Below, in pieces: positions 9,365 through 18,715 of a stretch of 64,000 nucleotides of DNA. The notes beneath the pieces are model-generated. The model did no database searches, had not been told where the DNA came from, and was given only the letters and a program-made list of their open reading frames with translations. The first letter of the stretch is position 1. The number at the start of each line of letters is the position of its first letter. The translations under genes and the position numbers were made by a program. The stretch comes from an uncultured Acidobacteriota bacterium (GTDB lineage: Bacteria > Acidobacteriota > Thermoanaerobaculia > Multivoradales > UBA5704): positions 1,760,001 to 1,824,000 of the forward strand of contig CAVYRF010000001.1 of NCBI GenBank assembly GCA_963770895.1. Direction: 5' to 3'.

Positions 9365-9422
9365 ACGGCCGGCGGGCTACGGGCGAAGGGGCGGCGTCCT
9401 GCGATGGCGTGCCGGTGCGACG

Positions 9423-9460
9423 CCCCCGGCCCTGCTGTGTACAACCAGACGGGCCAGGGG
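9423..9460. terminator. Imperfect GC hairpin between the convergent cupin and precursor B genes
   Basis: CCCC-GGCCC..CTG / CAG..GGGCC-A-GGGG inverted repeat 10 nt past the precursor stop. Confidence 0.45.
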
Positions 9461-9470
9461 CACCGGGAGC

Positions 9471-9584
9471 TCAGTTGGGATTGTTGATGATGTTGTTGTT
9501 GTCGTCCGGCTTCGCATCGCCGCCCGACACGTCTTCCAGAACCTCGTCATCCAGCTCTGCACTCTTGGACTTCTCGTCGGCCAT
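9471..9584 (-). CDS. RiPP precursor B, 37 aa: MADEKSKSAELDDEVLEDVSGG-DAKPDDNNNIINNPN
   Basis: Translated by hand (below the ORF-track cutoff); AAAGGAG RBS; leader end VLEDVSGG identical to precursor A; directly downstream of rSAM paralog B. Confidence 0.92.
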   Translation of the reverse strand: MADEKSKSAELDDEVLEDVSGGDAKPDDNNNIINNPN

Positions 9585-9676
9585 GGGATGGCTCCTTTGG
9601 GTGAATACCTCCGTTCAACATGAACGAAGGCCGTCATCAGCGTGGTTGCTATCCGCCATTGCAAGGTCAGGCGGGC

Positions 9677-12001
9677 TCATCTGGGCGCCGCCACCATCGG
9701 CGCGGGATCGGAACCCGGTTCCGAGTGTCGCGGCGTCCACCCCTGCCGGGGCCCGCGGGATCTCCCGGCAGCCGTCGGCATTGCCGCCTTCTGCGACGCC
9801 GTCAATACGATCAGGCCTTGCGCGGCGAGCCGCCGGAAGTAGCGCAGGAACCTGGCGGCCTCCGGCTGGTCGACACGGCCGAGCAGCTCCCGCAGCGTGA
9901 CCGTCTGCGTCTCGGTCGCCGCCAGCAGCTGGTAGACGAACGGATCGATCCGCACACACTTGGCGCCGGCCATCGCCCAGTAGCGGCGTTGCGGGCCGGC
10001 TGCCAGCGCGGTGCGGCCGGCAGCCCATTCGCGATAGGCCTGCTGCGTCGGTTCGCGCGGGACCTTGGCCAGCGCCGCCAGATAGGACGCCATCTGTTTG
10101 CGTTCGCGCAGGATCGTGGCCAGGTCGTACGGTGAGTCCCGCAGCACCCCCGGCACCCCGACGGCGCACGCCAGCAGCTGCTCGTCCGACATCGCATCGT
10201 CGGTGTCGAGGTTGTCGCGGAAAAAGCGCCGGCCGTAGAAATCGTAATAAATCATGCTGTGCAGGCTGTCGGTGCCGCCGGCCCAAGGTCTTCCCAGCAT
10301 CAGGGGAAAGATGTTGCCGCGGGCGTCGAACGAAGCGTCGCGGTCTTCGGTGAGCATCGCCTTGCTCTCTTCGCCCCGCGCGTCGTCTTCCAGCTCGTAG
10401 GCCGGCGCCCGCAGCACGTCGACGTCCTGCTTTTCGATCAGGCGCACGCCGAAGCGGCCGGGGTCCTTGGCGACGATCGCCGTGCCGGTCAGCAGGAAGG
10501 TGCCGATGCCGCCGGTGGACCAGTAGTCGTCGTGGTCGCGGACGAAGCGATGGGTCTCCGCCTTTTCTGCCGCGGTTTCCGATGGGAAGTCGGAGAACGC
10601 CATGAGCTGGACCGCGACGCCGGCCTCCGCGAAGTTCTTCATCGTTTCGCCCATGAAGGCGACCTTGGTGCCTTTGTCGATCAGGTCCAGGATGCGCTGG
10701 CTGCCGGACTCCATGCCGAACGAGACGCAGACGCAGCCGCTGGCCGCCAGCTTGGCGCAGCGGTCTTGCGTGAAAACCTTTTCCAAGCGCATTTCCGCCG
10801 CCCAGCGGATGTCCAGATCGGCGGCGGCGATGGCGTCGGACAGCCTGTCCAGGTAGGCGGGCGCCATGACGTCGACGGCGAAATAGACATACCGGGCACC
10901 GGTTTCGCCAATGGCGCTGCGCAGGTCGTCGACCGCCTGGTCGACCCGGCGCTCGCGCCATGGGGAGGTCGGCTTGGAGGTGTTGAGGCCGTAGTCGCAA
11001 AACGTGCAGCGATTCCAATAGCAGCCGCGCGTGGGCGAATAGTTGATGCCGCGCGCCGGCGCCAGGTACAGGTCCCACGGGTAGCGGAAAAGCGGGCGGC
11101 CCAGGGCCGGCACGTTCTCGTAATGGATGCAGTCGGGCAGGTACAGCTTGTCCGCCGTGCGGTCGTACGAGATGAGGTTGTGGACCTTGGCGCCGGGCTT
11201 GACCTGCCCGGCGTCGGCGATCTGGCACAGCGCCGTCTCGCCTTCGCCGACGACGATGCCATCGCACATTTCGAAAAAGCGCCGCATCTGCTGCTTGTCG
11301 CGGATGTACTTGTAAAACTGGCTGATCGAGGTGCCGCCCAGCAGGATCTGCTTGTCCGGCCAGCGCCGCTTCGCCCACCGTGCCATGTGCAGGGCGTGAA
11401 ACATCTGGTGGTCGTAGACGATGCTGAGCCCCAGGCAGTCCGCGGCGGCGAGCTGGGCGTCGTCCGCCAGCCGCTCGTCGAGGAAGCGATCGAAGACCTG
11501 GCAGATCGTTGCGGTCAGGCCGGGTTCGAAAAGATCGCGGAAGTTGTAGGGCGAAAAGCGGCCGCGGCTGACCTGCCTGAAGTTGGTCACGTCGCCGGGG
11601 TAGCTGAGGCTGCCGAGCATGCTTTCGTAACGCAGCAAGCTCATCCGAAAGGTCTTGTACTCATCGAAAGCAAGGAAGGCGTCGCGATCGCGCAATCCGG
11701 CGAGCGATCGTTGCAGCTGTTCGTAGGAGACGCGATGCTGGCGCCAGAGGCCGAGGTACTCTTCCTGCTCCAGGAAGGACAGCGACCCTTTGCGTTCCAA
11801 GGCCTTCAACCGCCGGTCGGCCTCTTCGTAGAACGACGAGAAGACCGCTTCCTCGAACGTCCAATTCACCATCTCGATGTTGACGTCGCGGATGGCGACG
11901 TCGTCGAAGCCGCAATGCACCAGGTGGCCGGCGAGGTAGGCGGTCGAATGGTACGGCAACGTGGGATCGTCGAGCGGCGGGTGCGCGAGCACGATCTTCA
12001 T
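9677..12001 (-). CDS. B12-binding-domain radical SAM protein, paralog B
   Basis: Colinear paralog of 2114-4354 (MKIVLAHPPLDDPTLPYH, CYWNRCTFCDYGLNTSKPTSPWRER); GGAGG RBS supports start 12001 rather than 12133. Confidence 0.9.
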   Translation of the reverse strand: MKIVLAHPPLDDPTLPYHSTAYLAGHLVHCGFDDVAIRDVNIEMVNWTFEEAVFSSFYEEADRRLKALERKGSLSFLEQEEYLGLWRQHRVSYEQLQRSLAGLRDRDAFLAFDEYKTFRMSLLRYESMLGSLSYPGDVTNFRQVSRGRFSPYNFRDLFEPGLTATICQVFDRFLDERLADDAQLAAADCLGLSIVYDHQMFHALHMARWAKRRWPDKQILLGGTSISQFYKYIRDKQQMRRFFEMCDGIVVGEGETALCQIADAGQVKPGAKVHNLISYDRTADKLYLPDCIHYENVPALGRPLFRYPWDLYLAPARGINYSPTRGCYWNRCTFCDYGLNTSKPTSPWRERRVDQAVDDLRSAIGETGARYVYFAVDVMAPAYLDRLSDAIAAADLDIRWAAEMRLEKVFTQDRCAKLAASGCVCVSFGMESGSQRILDLIDKGTKVAFMGETMKNFAEAGVAVQLMAFSDFPSETAAEKAETHRFVRDHDDYWSTGGIGTFLLTGTAIVAKDPGRFGVRLIEKQDVDVLRAPAYELEDDARGEESKAMLTEDRDASFDARGNIFPLMLGRPWAGGTDSLHSMIYYDFYGRRFFRDNLDTDDAMSDEQLLACAVGVPGVLRDSPYDLATILRERKQMASYLAALAKVPREPTQQAYREWAAGRTALAAGPQRRYWAMAGAKCVRIDPFVYQLLAATETQTVTLRELLGRVDQPEAARFLRYFRRLAAQGLIVLTASQKAAMPTAAGRSRGPRQGWTPRHSEPGSDPAPMVAAPR

Positions 12002-12372
12002 TTGCGACCTCCTTGGCGTTGCGTTCCGCCTGCCGTCGGAGCGAAGGATCTGCCGGGGCGTCTCCTTCGTCTCATGGTGCTTCGTATATGCCAACATTAC
12101 CCTATAACAGTGAGTAGTTGATACGCAATACAACGTACAAATGAAATCATGTTTAATACCTGACAGGGGTGGTCAGTTTATGGGACAAGCGCCCCAATTA
12201 CAGGCCGCGCCAGACTCTTTTCGCCGGGTTTTTGTGCTGCTCAATCTGTGCTAAGTGCCTTGTAGAAATCGATGCTTACGTAGTACTCTCTGTTTTGCGC
12301 GGTTTTGTGAGGCCGCGGGGCGCTGTCCTGGGCCTGGCAGGCCTCTCCTCGTGGAGCGCGGGACAAGGGCGA

Positions 12373-14151
12373 ATGGCACTGAACATCCTGGGGATCTCAG
12401 CGCACTACCACGATGCATCCTGTTGCCTGTTGCGCGACGGGCAGCTCATCTGCGCGGCGGAGGAAGAGCGCTTCTCCCGCGTCAAGCACGACAGCCGCCT
12501 GCCCTGGCGCTCTTTTCGCTTCTGCCTCGAACAGGGGGGCATCACCCTGCCCGAGGTCGACTGCGTCGCCTACTATGAAAATCCTGAAAAGAAGCTGTCC
12601 CGGCAGATCTGGATGGCCCTGCATCCGGATGCCTCCGACTCCATCCGCCGCAGCGTTCTGAGCCGGCTGCCGGATCGCGTCGACCGGGTCGAACGGCAGA
12701 TCCGCCACCAGCTCGGCTACACCGGCCGGTTGGAGCTTTTCGATCATCACCAGTCTCACGCCGCCAGCAGCTTTTTTTACTCCGGGTTCGAAGAGGCCGC
12801 GGTGTTGACCGTGGACGGCGTGGGCGAATGGGCGACGACCGCCTTCGGCGCCGCCGCCGGCGCCGCCATCGATCTGTTCGAAGAGGTCCGCTTCCCCAAC
12901 TCGCTGGGCATGCTGTACAGCGCCATGACCGCGTATCTGGGCTTTGACGTCAACGACGGCGAATACAAAGTCATGGGGCTCGCCCCCTACGGAGAGCCGC
13001 GCTACGTCGACCAGGTGCGCGCCCTGGTGACGCGGCAAGGGGACGGCCAGTACCGGCTCAACCTCCAGTATTTCGATTTCCTGCGGCGCAACCGGATGTA
13101 TTCGGACCAACTGGTGGATCTATTCGGGGCACCGCCGCGGTTGCCCGAGGCGGAGCTGCTGGCATTTCACCAGGACGTCGCGCGCAGCGTCCAGTGGGTG
13201 CTCGAAGAGATCCTGCTCGAAAAAGTGCACTACCTCCACGACCGGGTTCCCAGCCGCAACCTCTGCATGGCGGGCGGCGTCGCGCTCAACTGCGTGGCCA
13301 ACAGCCGCATCCTCCGCGACGGGCCCTTCGCCCAGCTGTTCGTACAGCCCGCCGCGAGCGATGCCGGCGGCTGCCTGGGCGCCGCCGCCCTGGCGCACGT
13401 GCGCCTGACCGGCGAGCGGCCGGCCCAGGGCCGCCTGGCCCACATGTACTGGGGCCCCGCCACGCCGGTCGAAGACGTCGCCGGCATGCTCGCCGGAACC
13501 GCGCTGCCGGCCCTCGACTTCCGCTGCCGGCCCGACGACCTGCTGCAGGCGACCGTCGAGCGCCTGGCGGCCGGCAAGGTCGTGGGCTGGTTCCAGGGCC
13601 GCATGGAGTTCGGACCGCGCGCGCTGGGGGCCAGGTCGATCCTGGCGGACCCGCGCGACGAAGGCATGCGCGACCGGATCAACGCCCTGGTCAAGATGCG
13701 CGAAAGCTTCCGTCCCTTCGCCCCGGCGGTTCTCGAAAGCCGGGCGCGGGATCACTTCGCCATCGACCATCCCTCTCCCTTCATGCTGGAAACCTGCCCG
13801 GTCAGCTCGCCGATCCATCTGCCGGCGGTCACCCACGTCGACCGCTCGGCCCGCCTGCAGACCGTCGACCCGGCGTCGAGCCCGCGCTTCGCCGCCCTCC
13901 TGGAGCGCTTTGCCGATCGCACCGGCTGCCCGATCCTGCTCAACACCTCCTTCAACGTCCGCGGCGAACCCATCGTCCGCACGCCGGAGGAGGCGCTGCT
14001 CTGTTTTGCACGCTCGGGCATCGATACCCTGGTCCTCGAAGACTTCGTCATCGACCGCCAATCGGTGCCGCCGGCCTGGAGCCAGCTGCTGCCGAAGCAG
14101 GAGCGACCCGGCGGGCCGAGGGTGAGCCACCAGGTGTACACGCTGCTGTAG
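12373..14151 (+). CDS. Carbamoyltransferase (NodU/CmcH/TobZ family)
   Basis: ILGISAHYHD, EEERFSRVKH, HHQSHAAS, DGVGE, EYKVMGLAPYG, GGVALNC, EFGPRALG, LNTSFN; start set at ATG 12373. Confidence 0.95.
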   Translation: MALNILGISAHYHDASCCLLRDGQLICAAEEERFSRVKHDSRLPWRSFRFCLEQGGITLPEVDCVAYYENPEKKLSRQIWMALHPDASDSIRRSVLSRLPDRVDRVERQIRHQLGYTGRLELFDHHQSHAASSFFYSGFEEAAVLTVDGVGEWATTAFGAAAGAAIDLFEEVRFPNSLGMLYSAMTAYLGFDVNDGEYKVMGLAPYGEPRYVDQVRALVTRQGDGQYRLNLQYFDFLRRNRMYSDQLVDLFGAPPRLPEAELLAFHQDVARSVQWVLEEILLEKVHYLHDRVPSRNLCMAGGVALNCVANSRILRDGPFAQLFVQPAASDAGGCLGAAALAHVRLTGERPAQGRLAHMYWGPATPVEDVAGMLAGTALPALDFRCRPDDLLQATVERLAAGKVVGWFQGRMEFGPRALGARSILADPRDEGMRDRINALVKMRESFRPFAPAVLESRARDHFAIDHPSPFMLETCPVSSPIHLPAVTHVDRSARLQTVDPASSPRFAALLERFADRTGCPILLNTSFNVRGEPIVRTPEEALLCFARSGIDTLVLEDFVIDRQSVPPAWSQLLPKQERPGGPRVSHQVYTLL

Positions 14152-14181
14152 GTTTGCCAGCGCCCTTACCCTGGAGGAGCC

Positions 14182-16212
14182 GTGCCGGAACAGCCTGACC
14201 ACGACCAGCTTTTGAAAGCGGTCGCCGACGCGACGGCGGGCCTGCTCAGCCAGGGCGACGGCGCCGCCGCCGTTCTGATCCTGGAGCGCCTGGGCCTGCT
14301 GAAGGCGGCGGCCAGGAAGACCGCCGCCGCCTCGCCCGGCACGATCGGCGTGTGGGAGGCCGGGCCGCAGGGGCACCAGCGTTCGGCCGCGCGGCGCGAC
14401 GACTGGCATTTCTGGGCCGATGTCCAGTCCATTCCGCCCAAGGGGGAGCGGCCGCGGGTGGCGCTGGTGGGCGAATCGGTGGCCCGCGGTTTTCTCTACG
14501 ACCCGGCGTTCAATCCGGCCCAGGCCCTGGAGGCTTGCCTGACGGCGGCCCTCGGACAGCCGGTCGAAGTGCTCGACCTCGCCAAGATCGACCTGCTGCC
14601 CCAGGAGCTCATGAGCCTCACCGAGGCGGCGACCACGCTGGCGCCCGACGTGCTGGTGGTCTTCGCTGGCAATAACTGGTTCATGCACGACCAGCGCGAC
14701 CTGCCGATCGAAGCGGCCGCCCTGCGCGAGCGGGGAGCTGCCGGGCTCAAGGAGCTGCGCGAGCAGCGCCTGGCCGCCTTTGCCGCCGGCACTTTCCGGC
14801 AGCTGCTCACCGAGCTATCCCAGCGCCAGCCGCTGGTGGTGGTGGTTCCAGAGATCAACCTCGCCGACTGGCGCCTGGATGCGGAAGCGGATGCGCCCTG
14901 GCTGCCGGACGGACGCAACCGCCTCTGGCTGGAATGCCGCGCGGCGGCCCGCGCCGCGCTGGCCGCCGGTCGCCTGGACCAAGCGGCGGCCCTGGCGCGC
15001 CAGATGATCGACCTGGACGGCGGCACCGCGGCTTCCGGCTGGACCCTGCTGGCCGACTGCGCGCGCGCCACGGCAGAGACGGAAACCGCCCGCGCCTGCC
15101 TTGAAAAGGCGCGCGACGCTCACACCTGGGACTACACCCACCAGACGCCGCGGATTCTCTCTCTCGCCCAGGGCGCCTTGCGGGACTGCGCGCTGCCCGG
15201 CCGCATCGCAATCGTCGACCTGCCGCGCTGTTTCGCCGCCTGGCGCCCCGGCGAGCTCCCCGGCCGGCGCCTGTTCCTGGACTACTGCCACATGAGCGCG
15301 GAGGGGATCCGCGTCGCCATGGCGGCGACGGCATTACAGGTTGCGACGCTGCTGGACGCCAGCCGGCCGCTTCCGGCGCTGGCGAGCGTGGTCGAAGCTG
15401 CCCCCGCCCCCGACGCCCGCATCGAGGCGGCGGCCCAGTTTGCCGGGGCGCTCCATTCCGCGCATTGGGGCCAGGTGAGCCCGTTCGTCTCGGCTCTCTG
15501 TCACCAGGCCGCCCAGACGTCCCCCGAAATCGCCCAGGCGATGCGGCTCTACCTGGAATTGCAGGTCCGGCAGGCGCCGGTGTGGGCCTGCGCGGCGGCC
15601 GGGCAGCTGGCCGACGTGGCGCCGCCTTTCCTGCGCCGCTACATCCTGCATCCCCACAAAAGGCTTTTCGACCCGGTGCTGCTGCCGGCCATCGCCGGCG
15701 CGCTCGAAGAAACCGGCCTGCCCACGCTGGCCTTTCTCACCGAGCTGCGCCAGCAGGAGAGGAGCCTTTCCAACCGTCCGCGCAACCTCCTGGACCCCTA
15801 CCATCGCGCGTCCTGGGCGGACCTCGACTGGCTGGACTGGCCCAACCATTTCTGCCGCGCCTACAGCCCCAGGTCGCGCTACCCCTGGGTTTCCCGCACG
15901 CCGCGCGACCTGGCGTTCACCCTGACCTGCCGGCGCCGGCACGCGGCCGGCCCCAGCGAGTGCCACCTGTCGATCAACGGCACCTGCGCCGGACGCCTGT
16001 CCCTCACCGCCGGCTGGAGCACCTATCGCTTCAGCGCCCCCGCGGCGCTGGTGCAGGCCGGAGTGAACTGGCTGGAGATCGACTGGCCTGCCGATCCTGC
16101 GGATGGCGAACAGGCGATCGGCAGCATCGCTCATCAGCTGGAGCTTCGCCGCTACACCCCGCTGCTTCCGGTCTTTGCGGAGATCTATTCGCTGACCGCC
16201 GTCGAGACCTGA
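14182..16212 (+). CDS. SGNH/GDSL-hydrolase-like protein with helical insert
   Basis: VALVGESVARG (block I-like), FAGNN, FLDYCH (DxxH); GGAGGAG RBS; follows the carbamoyltransferase on the same strand. Confidence 0.65.
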   Translation: MPEQPDHDQLLKAVADATAGLLSQGDGAAAVLILERLGLLKAAARKTAAASPGTIGVWEAGPQGHQRSAARRDDWHFWADVQSIPPKGERPRVALVGESVARGFLYDPAFNPAQALEACLTAALGQPVEVLDLAKIDLLPQELMSLTEAATTLAPDVLVVFAGNNWFMHDQRDLPIEAAALRERGAAGLKELREQRLAAFAAGTFRQLLTELSQRQPLVVVVPEINLADWRLDAEADAPWLPDGRNRLWLECRAAARAALAAGRLDQAAALARQMIDLDGGTAASGWTLLADCARATAETETARACLEKARDAHTWDYTHQTPRILSLAQGALRDCALPGRIAIVDLPRCFAAWRPGELPGRRLFLDYCHMSAEGIRVAMAATALQVATLLDASRPLPALASVVEAAPAPDARIEAAAQFAGALHSAHWGQVSPFVSALCHQAAQTSPEIAQAMRLYLELQVRQAPVWACAAAGQLADVAPPFLRRYILHPHKRLFDPVLLPAIAGALEETGLPTLAFLTELRQQERSLSNRPRNLLDPYHRASWADLDWLDWPNHFCRAYSPRSRYPWVSRTPRDLAFTLTCRRRHAAGPSECHLSINGTCAGRLSLTAGWSTYRFSAPAALVQAGVNWLEIDWPADPADGEQAIGSIAHQLELRRYTPLLPVFAEIYSLTAVET

Positions 16213-16224
16213 CCCCTCCGCGGA

Positions 16225-18642
16225 TTACCGCGAACGCAGCGTCGCCGCGGTGTCCAGCCGCAAGGAGCGTCGCGAGGCGCCCAGCCCGGCCAGCGCCGCC
16301 GTCGCCAGCAGCACGACCGCCACCAGGCAGAACACCAGCGGATCGCGTGCGTCGATGCCGTAGAGCAGGCTGGCTAAAAAGCGCACCAGGACGAGCGCCG
16401 CCGCAAGCCCCAGCCCGATGCCGATCAGGGTCAGCCTGAGCGGCTGCGCCAGCAGCGCACCGAGCACCTGCCGCACGCTGGCGCCGAGCGCCACGCGGAT
16501 GGCGATCTCGCGCGTCCGCAGCGAGGCGTTGTAGGCGATGACGCCGTAGATGCCGAGGGTGGCGAGCAGCAGGCCCGCCGAGCCGAAAAACAGGAACAGA
16601 AAGTTGAAGAATCGGTTGCGCGCGCCGGCGCTCTCGACCAGATCGGTCAAGGCGAAGCTCTTGAGGATCGGCTGGTTGGGATCCACGGCGGCGATCTGCC
16701 GCTGCACCGCGACCTGCGGGATCTGCTGCGCGCCGGCGGTGCGCAAGACCACCACCATGCTGCTGTGCGGCAGCTGCAGGAAGGGAGCGTAGATCGCCGG
16801 CTCGGGGTCCGACTTGAGATCGGTGATGCGAGTGTCGCCCACCACGCCGACGACCTCGTAGGCCGTCTTGACGCTGCCGCGCACGGCCAGCATCAGGCGG
16901 CTGCCCAAGGGCTCGCGGTGGGCGAAGAAGCGGTCGGCCATGCGCTGGTTGATGACCACGACCGGTTGGGCGGCGGCGCCGTCCCGGTCGCTGACGTCGC
17001 GGCCCTTGATCAGCGGAATGCCCATGGTGTGGAAGTAACCGGGGGAGACGGCGCTGAACTGCGCGAAGACCCCGGCGGTCGGCGCCGCCGGGTCCGGCTT
17101 TTCAAGATCGAAGGCCTGGAGGTTGCGGCCGAAGGTTTCGAGCGGCACGCTGCTGGCGGCTGCCACGGCGCGCACACCCGGATAGGCCCGCAGCCGGTCG
17201 AGCAGCTGGGTGACGAACTGCACCCGGTCCGCGTCGCGGTCGTAGTGCTTGGGCGGTAGCGCGATCTCGATGCCGCTGGCACCCGCGGGCTGGAACCCCA
17301 GGTTCACCCCCTGCAGCCTGGCTGAGCTCAGCAGCATCAGGCCGGCGCCGATCAACAGGATGGTGGCGAGCGTGCTTTCGGCCATGACCAGGGCGGCGCG
17401 GAAGCGGCCGGCGCCGCGGCCCGACGAAGCTCCCGCCTGGTCCTTGAGGGCCTGCTGCACGCCGGCCCGCGCCATGCGCAGGCCCGGCGCCGCGCCGCAG
17501 GCGATTCCCGCCACCACCACCAGGCACAGGGCGAAGGCCAGCACCCATGGATCCACCCGGATCGTGCCCGCCAGCGGCAGCAGGCGCGGATTGCTGGCGA
17601 GCGCCGCGTGCAGCCCCCAGCTCGCCAGCGCCACGCCGACCACGCCGCCGGCCACCGCCACCACCAGGCTCTCGACCAGGAACAGCCGGAACAGGCTGCC
17701 GTCGCCGGCGCCGAGCGCGATGCGCAGCGCCGTTTCGTGACCCCGCGCCGCGGCCCGCACCAGGAACAGGTTGGTGACGTTGGTGCAGGCGATCAGCAGC
17801 ACCAGCAGGGCGGCGCCGAACAGCAGCAGCAGCGCCGGCCGGACCCGCCGCACCGTGCTGTCGCGCAGATCCTGCACGTCGCAGGACCAACCCCGGTTGG
17901 AGACCGGGTAGGCCGTCTCGAGATGCCGCGCCAGGGCGTTGATCTCCTGGCGCGCCTGGGCCAGCGAGGCGCCGGGCGCCAGCCTGCCGACGACCTGAAG
18001 GTAGTGGCTCTGGCGGTCGTCGGCGCCGCCGGGCGCCGGCAGCGCCAGCCACAGCTCGGTCGCCGCGCTGGGGAAGGCGAAATCCGCCGGCATGATGCCG
18101 ACGACGGCATAGGCGTCGTCGTCCAGCCGCAGGACCTTGCCGAGGACCGCCGGATCGCCGCCCAGGCGCCGCCGCCAGAACTCGTGGCTGACCACCACCG
18201 CCCGCGCCTGGCCGGGTTCCTGGTCTTGCGGCAGGAGCGTCCGGCCGCGGTCCGCCGCGGTGCCCAGCAGGTGGAACAGCTCGGGAGATACGGCGGCGAT
18301 GGGCACCGCCAGCGGCTCCTCGCCCCGCGTCCAGTTGGCGTTCCGGCTGGTGGCGGCGGCGAGCCCGCTCAGCGTGCGCAGCTGAGCACGGTAGTCGTAG
18401 AAGTCGCCAAGCGCCAGGCCGGCGCCCTCCAGCCCCCGCTCCAGGTTGGCGGCGCTGACCTGCACCAGGCGGTCGGCGTCCCGGTAGGGGAGGGGCCGCA
18501 GCAGCACGGCATACACGACGCTGAAGATCATCGTGCCGGCGCCAATGCCCAGCGCCAGGGTGGCTACCGAAACCAGGGAAAAGCTGGGCCGCTTGCGCAG
18601 CGCGCGGAAGGCTATCCGAAGTTCGCGAAGTACCGCCGCCAT
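16225..18642 (-). CDS. ADOP-type duplicated MacB/FtsX ABC permease
   Basis: LALGIGA...LLRPLPY, LLIACTNVTNL, RIALGA and REIAIRVALGA; two permease halves; GAGGTG RBS before ATG 18642. Confidence 0.92.
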   Translation of the reverse strand: MAAVLRELRIAFRALRKRPSFSLVSVATLALGIGAGTMIFSVVYAVLLRPLPYRDADRLVQVSAANLERGLEGAGLALGDFYDYRAQLRTLSGLAAATSRNANWTRGEEPLAVPIAAVSPELFHLLGTAADRGRTLLPQDQEPGQARAVVVSHEFWRRRLGGDPAVLGKVLRLDDDAYAVVGIMPADFAFPSAATELWLALPAPGGADDRQSHYLQVVGRLAPGASLAQARQEINALARHLETAYPVSNRGWSCDVQDLRDSTVRRVRPALLLLFGAALLVLLIACTNVTNLFLVRAAARGHETALRIALGAGDGSLFRLFLVESLVVAVAGGVVGVALASWGLHAALASNPRLLPLAGTIRVDPWVLAFALCLVVVAGIACGAAPGLRMARAGVQQALKDQAGASSGRGAGRFRAALVMAESTLATILLIGAGLMLLSSARLQGVNLGFQPAGASGIEIALPPKHYDRDADRVQFVTQLLDRLRAYPGVRAVAAASSVPLETFGRNLQAFDLEKPDPAAPTAGVFAQFSAVSPGYFHTMGIPLIKGRDVSDRDGAAAQPVVVINQRMADRFFAHREPLGSRLMLAVRGSVKTAYEVVGVVGDTRITDLKSDPEPAIYAPFLQLPHSSMVVVLRTAGAQQIPQVAVQRQIAAVDPNQPILKSFALTDLVESAGARNRFFNFLFLFFGSAGLLLATLGIYGVIAYNASLRTREIAIRVALGASVRQVLGALLAQPLRLTLIGIGLGLAAALVLVRFLASLLYGIDARDPLVFCLVAVVLLATAALAGLGASRRSLRLDTAATLRSR

Positions 18643-18715
18643 GGTCACCTCGTCGTCCTGGTTCACCAGCAGATCGACAGCTAAGCAGTGTAGCAGGCTC
18701 GCGTCGTAGCGGGCG

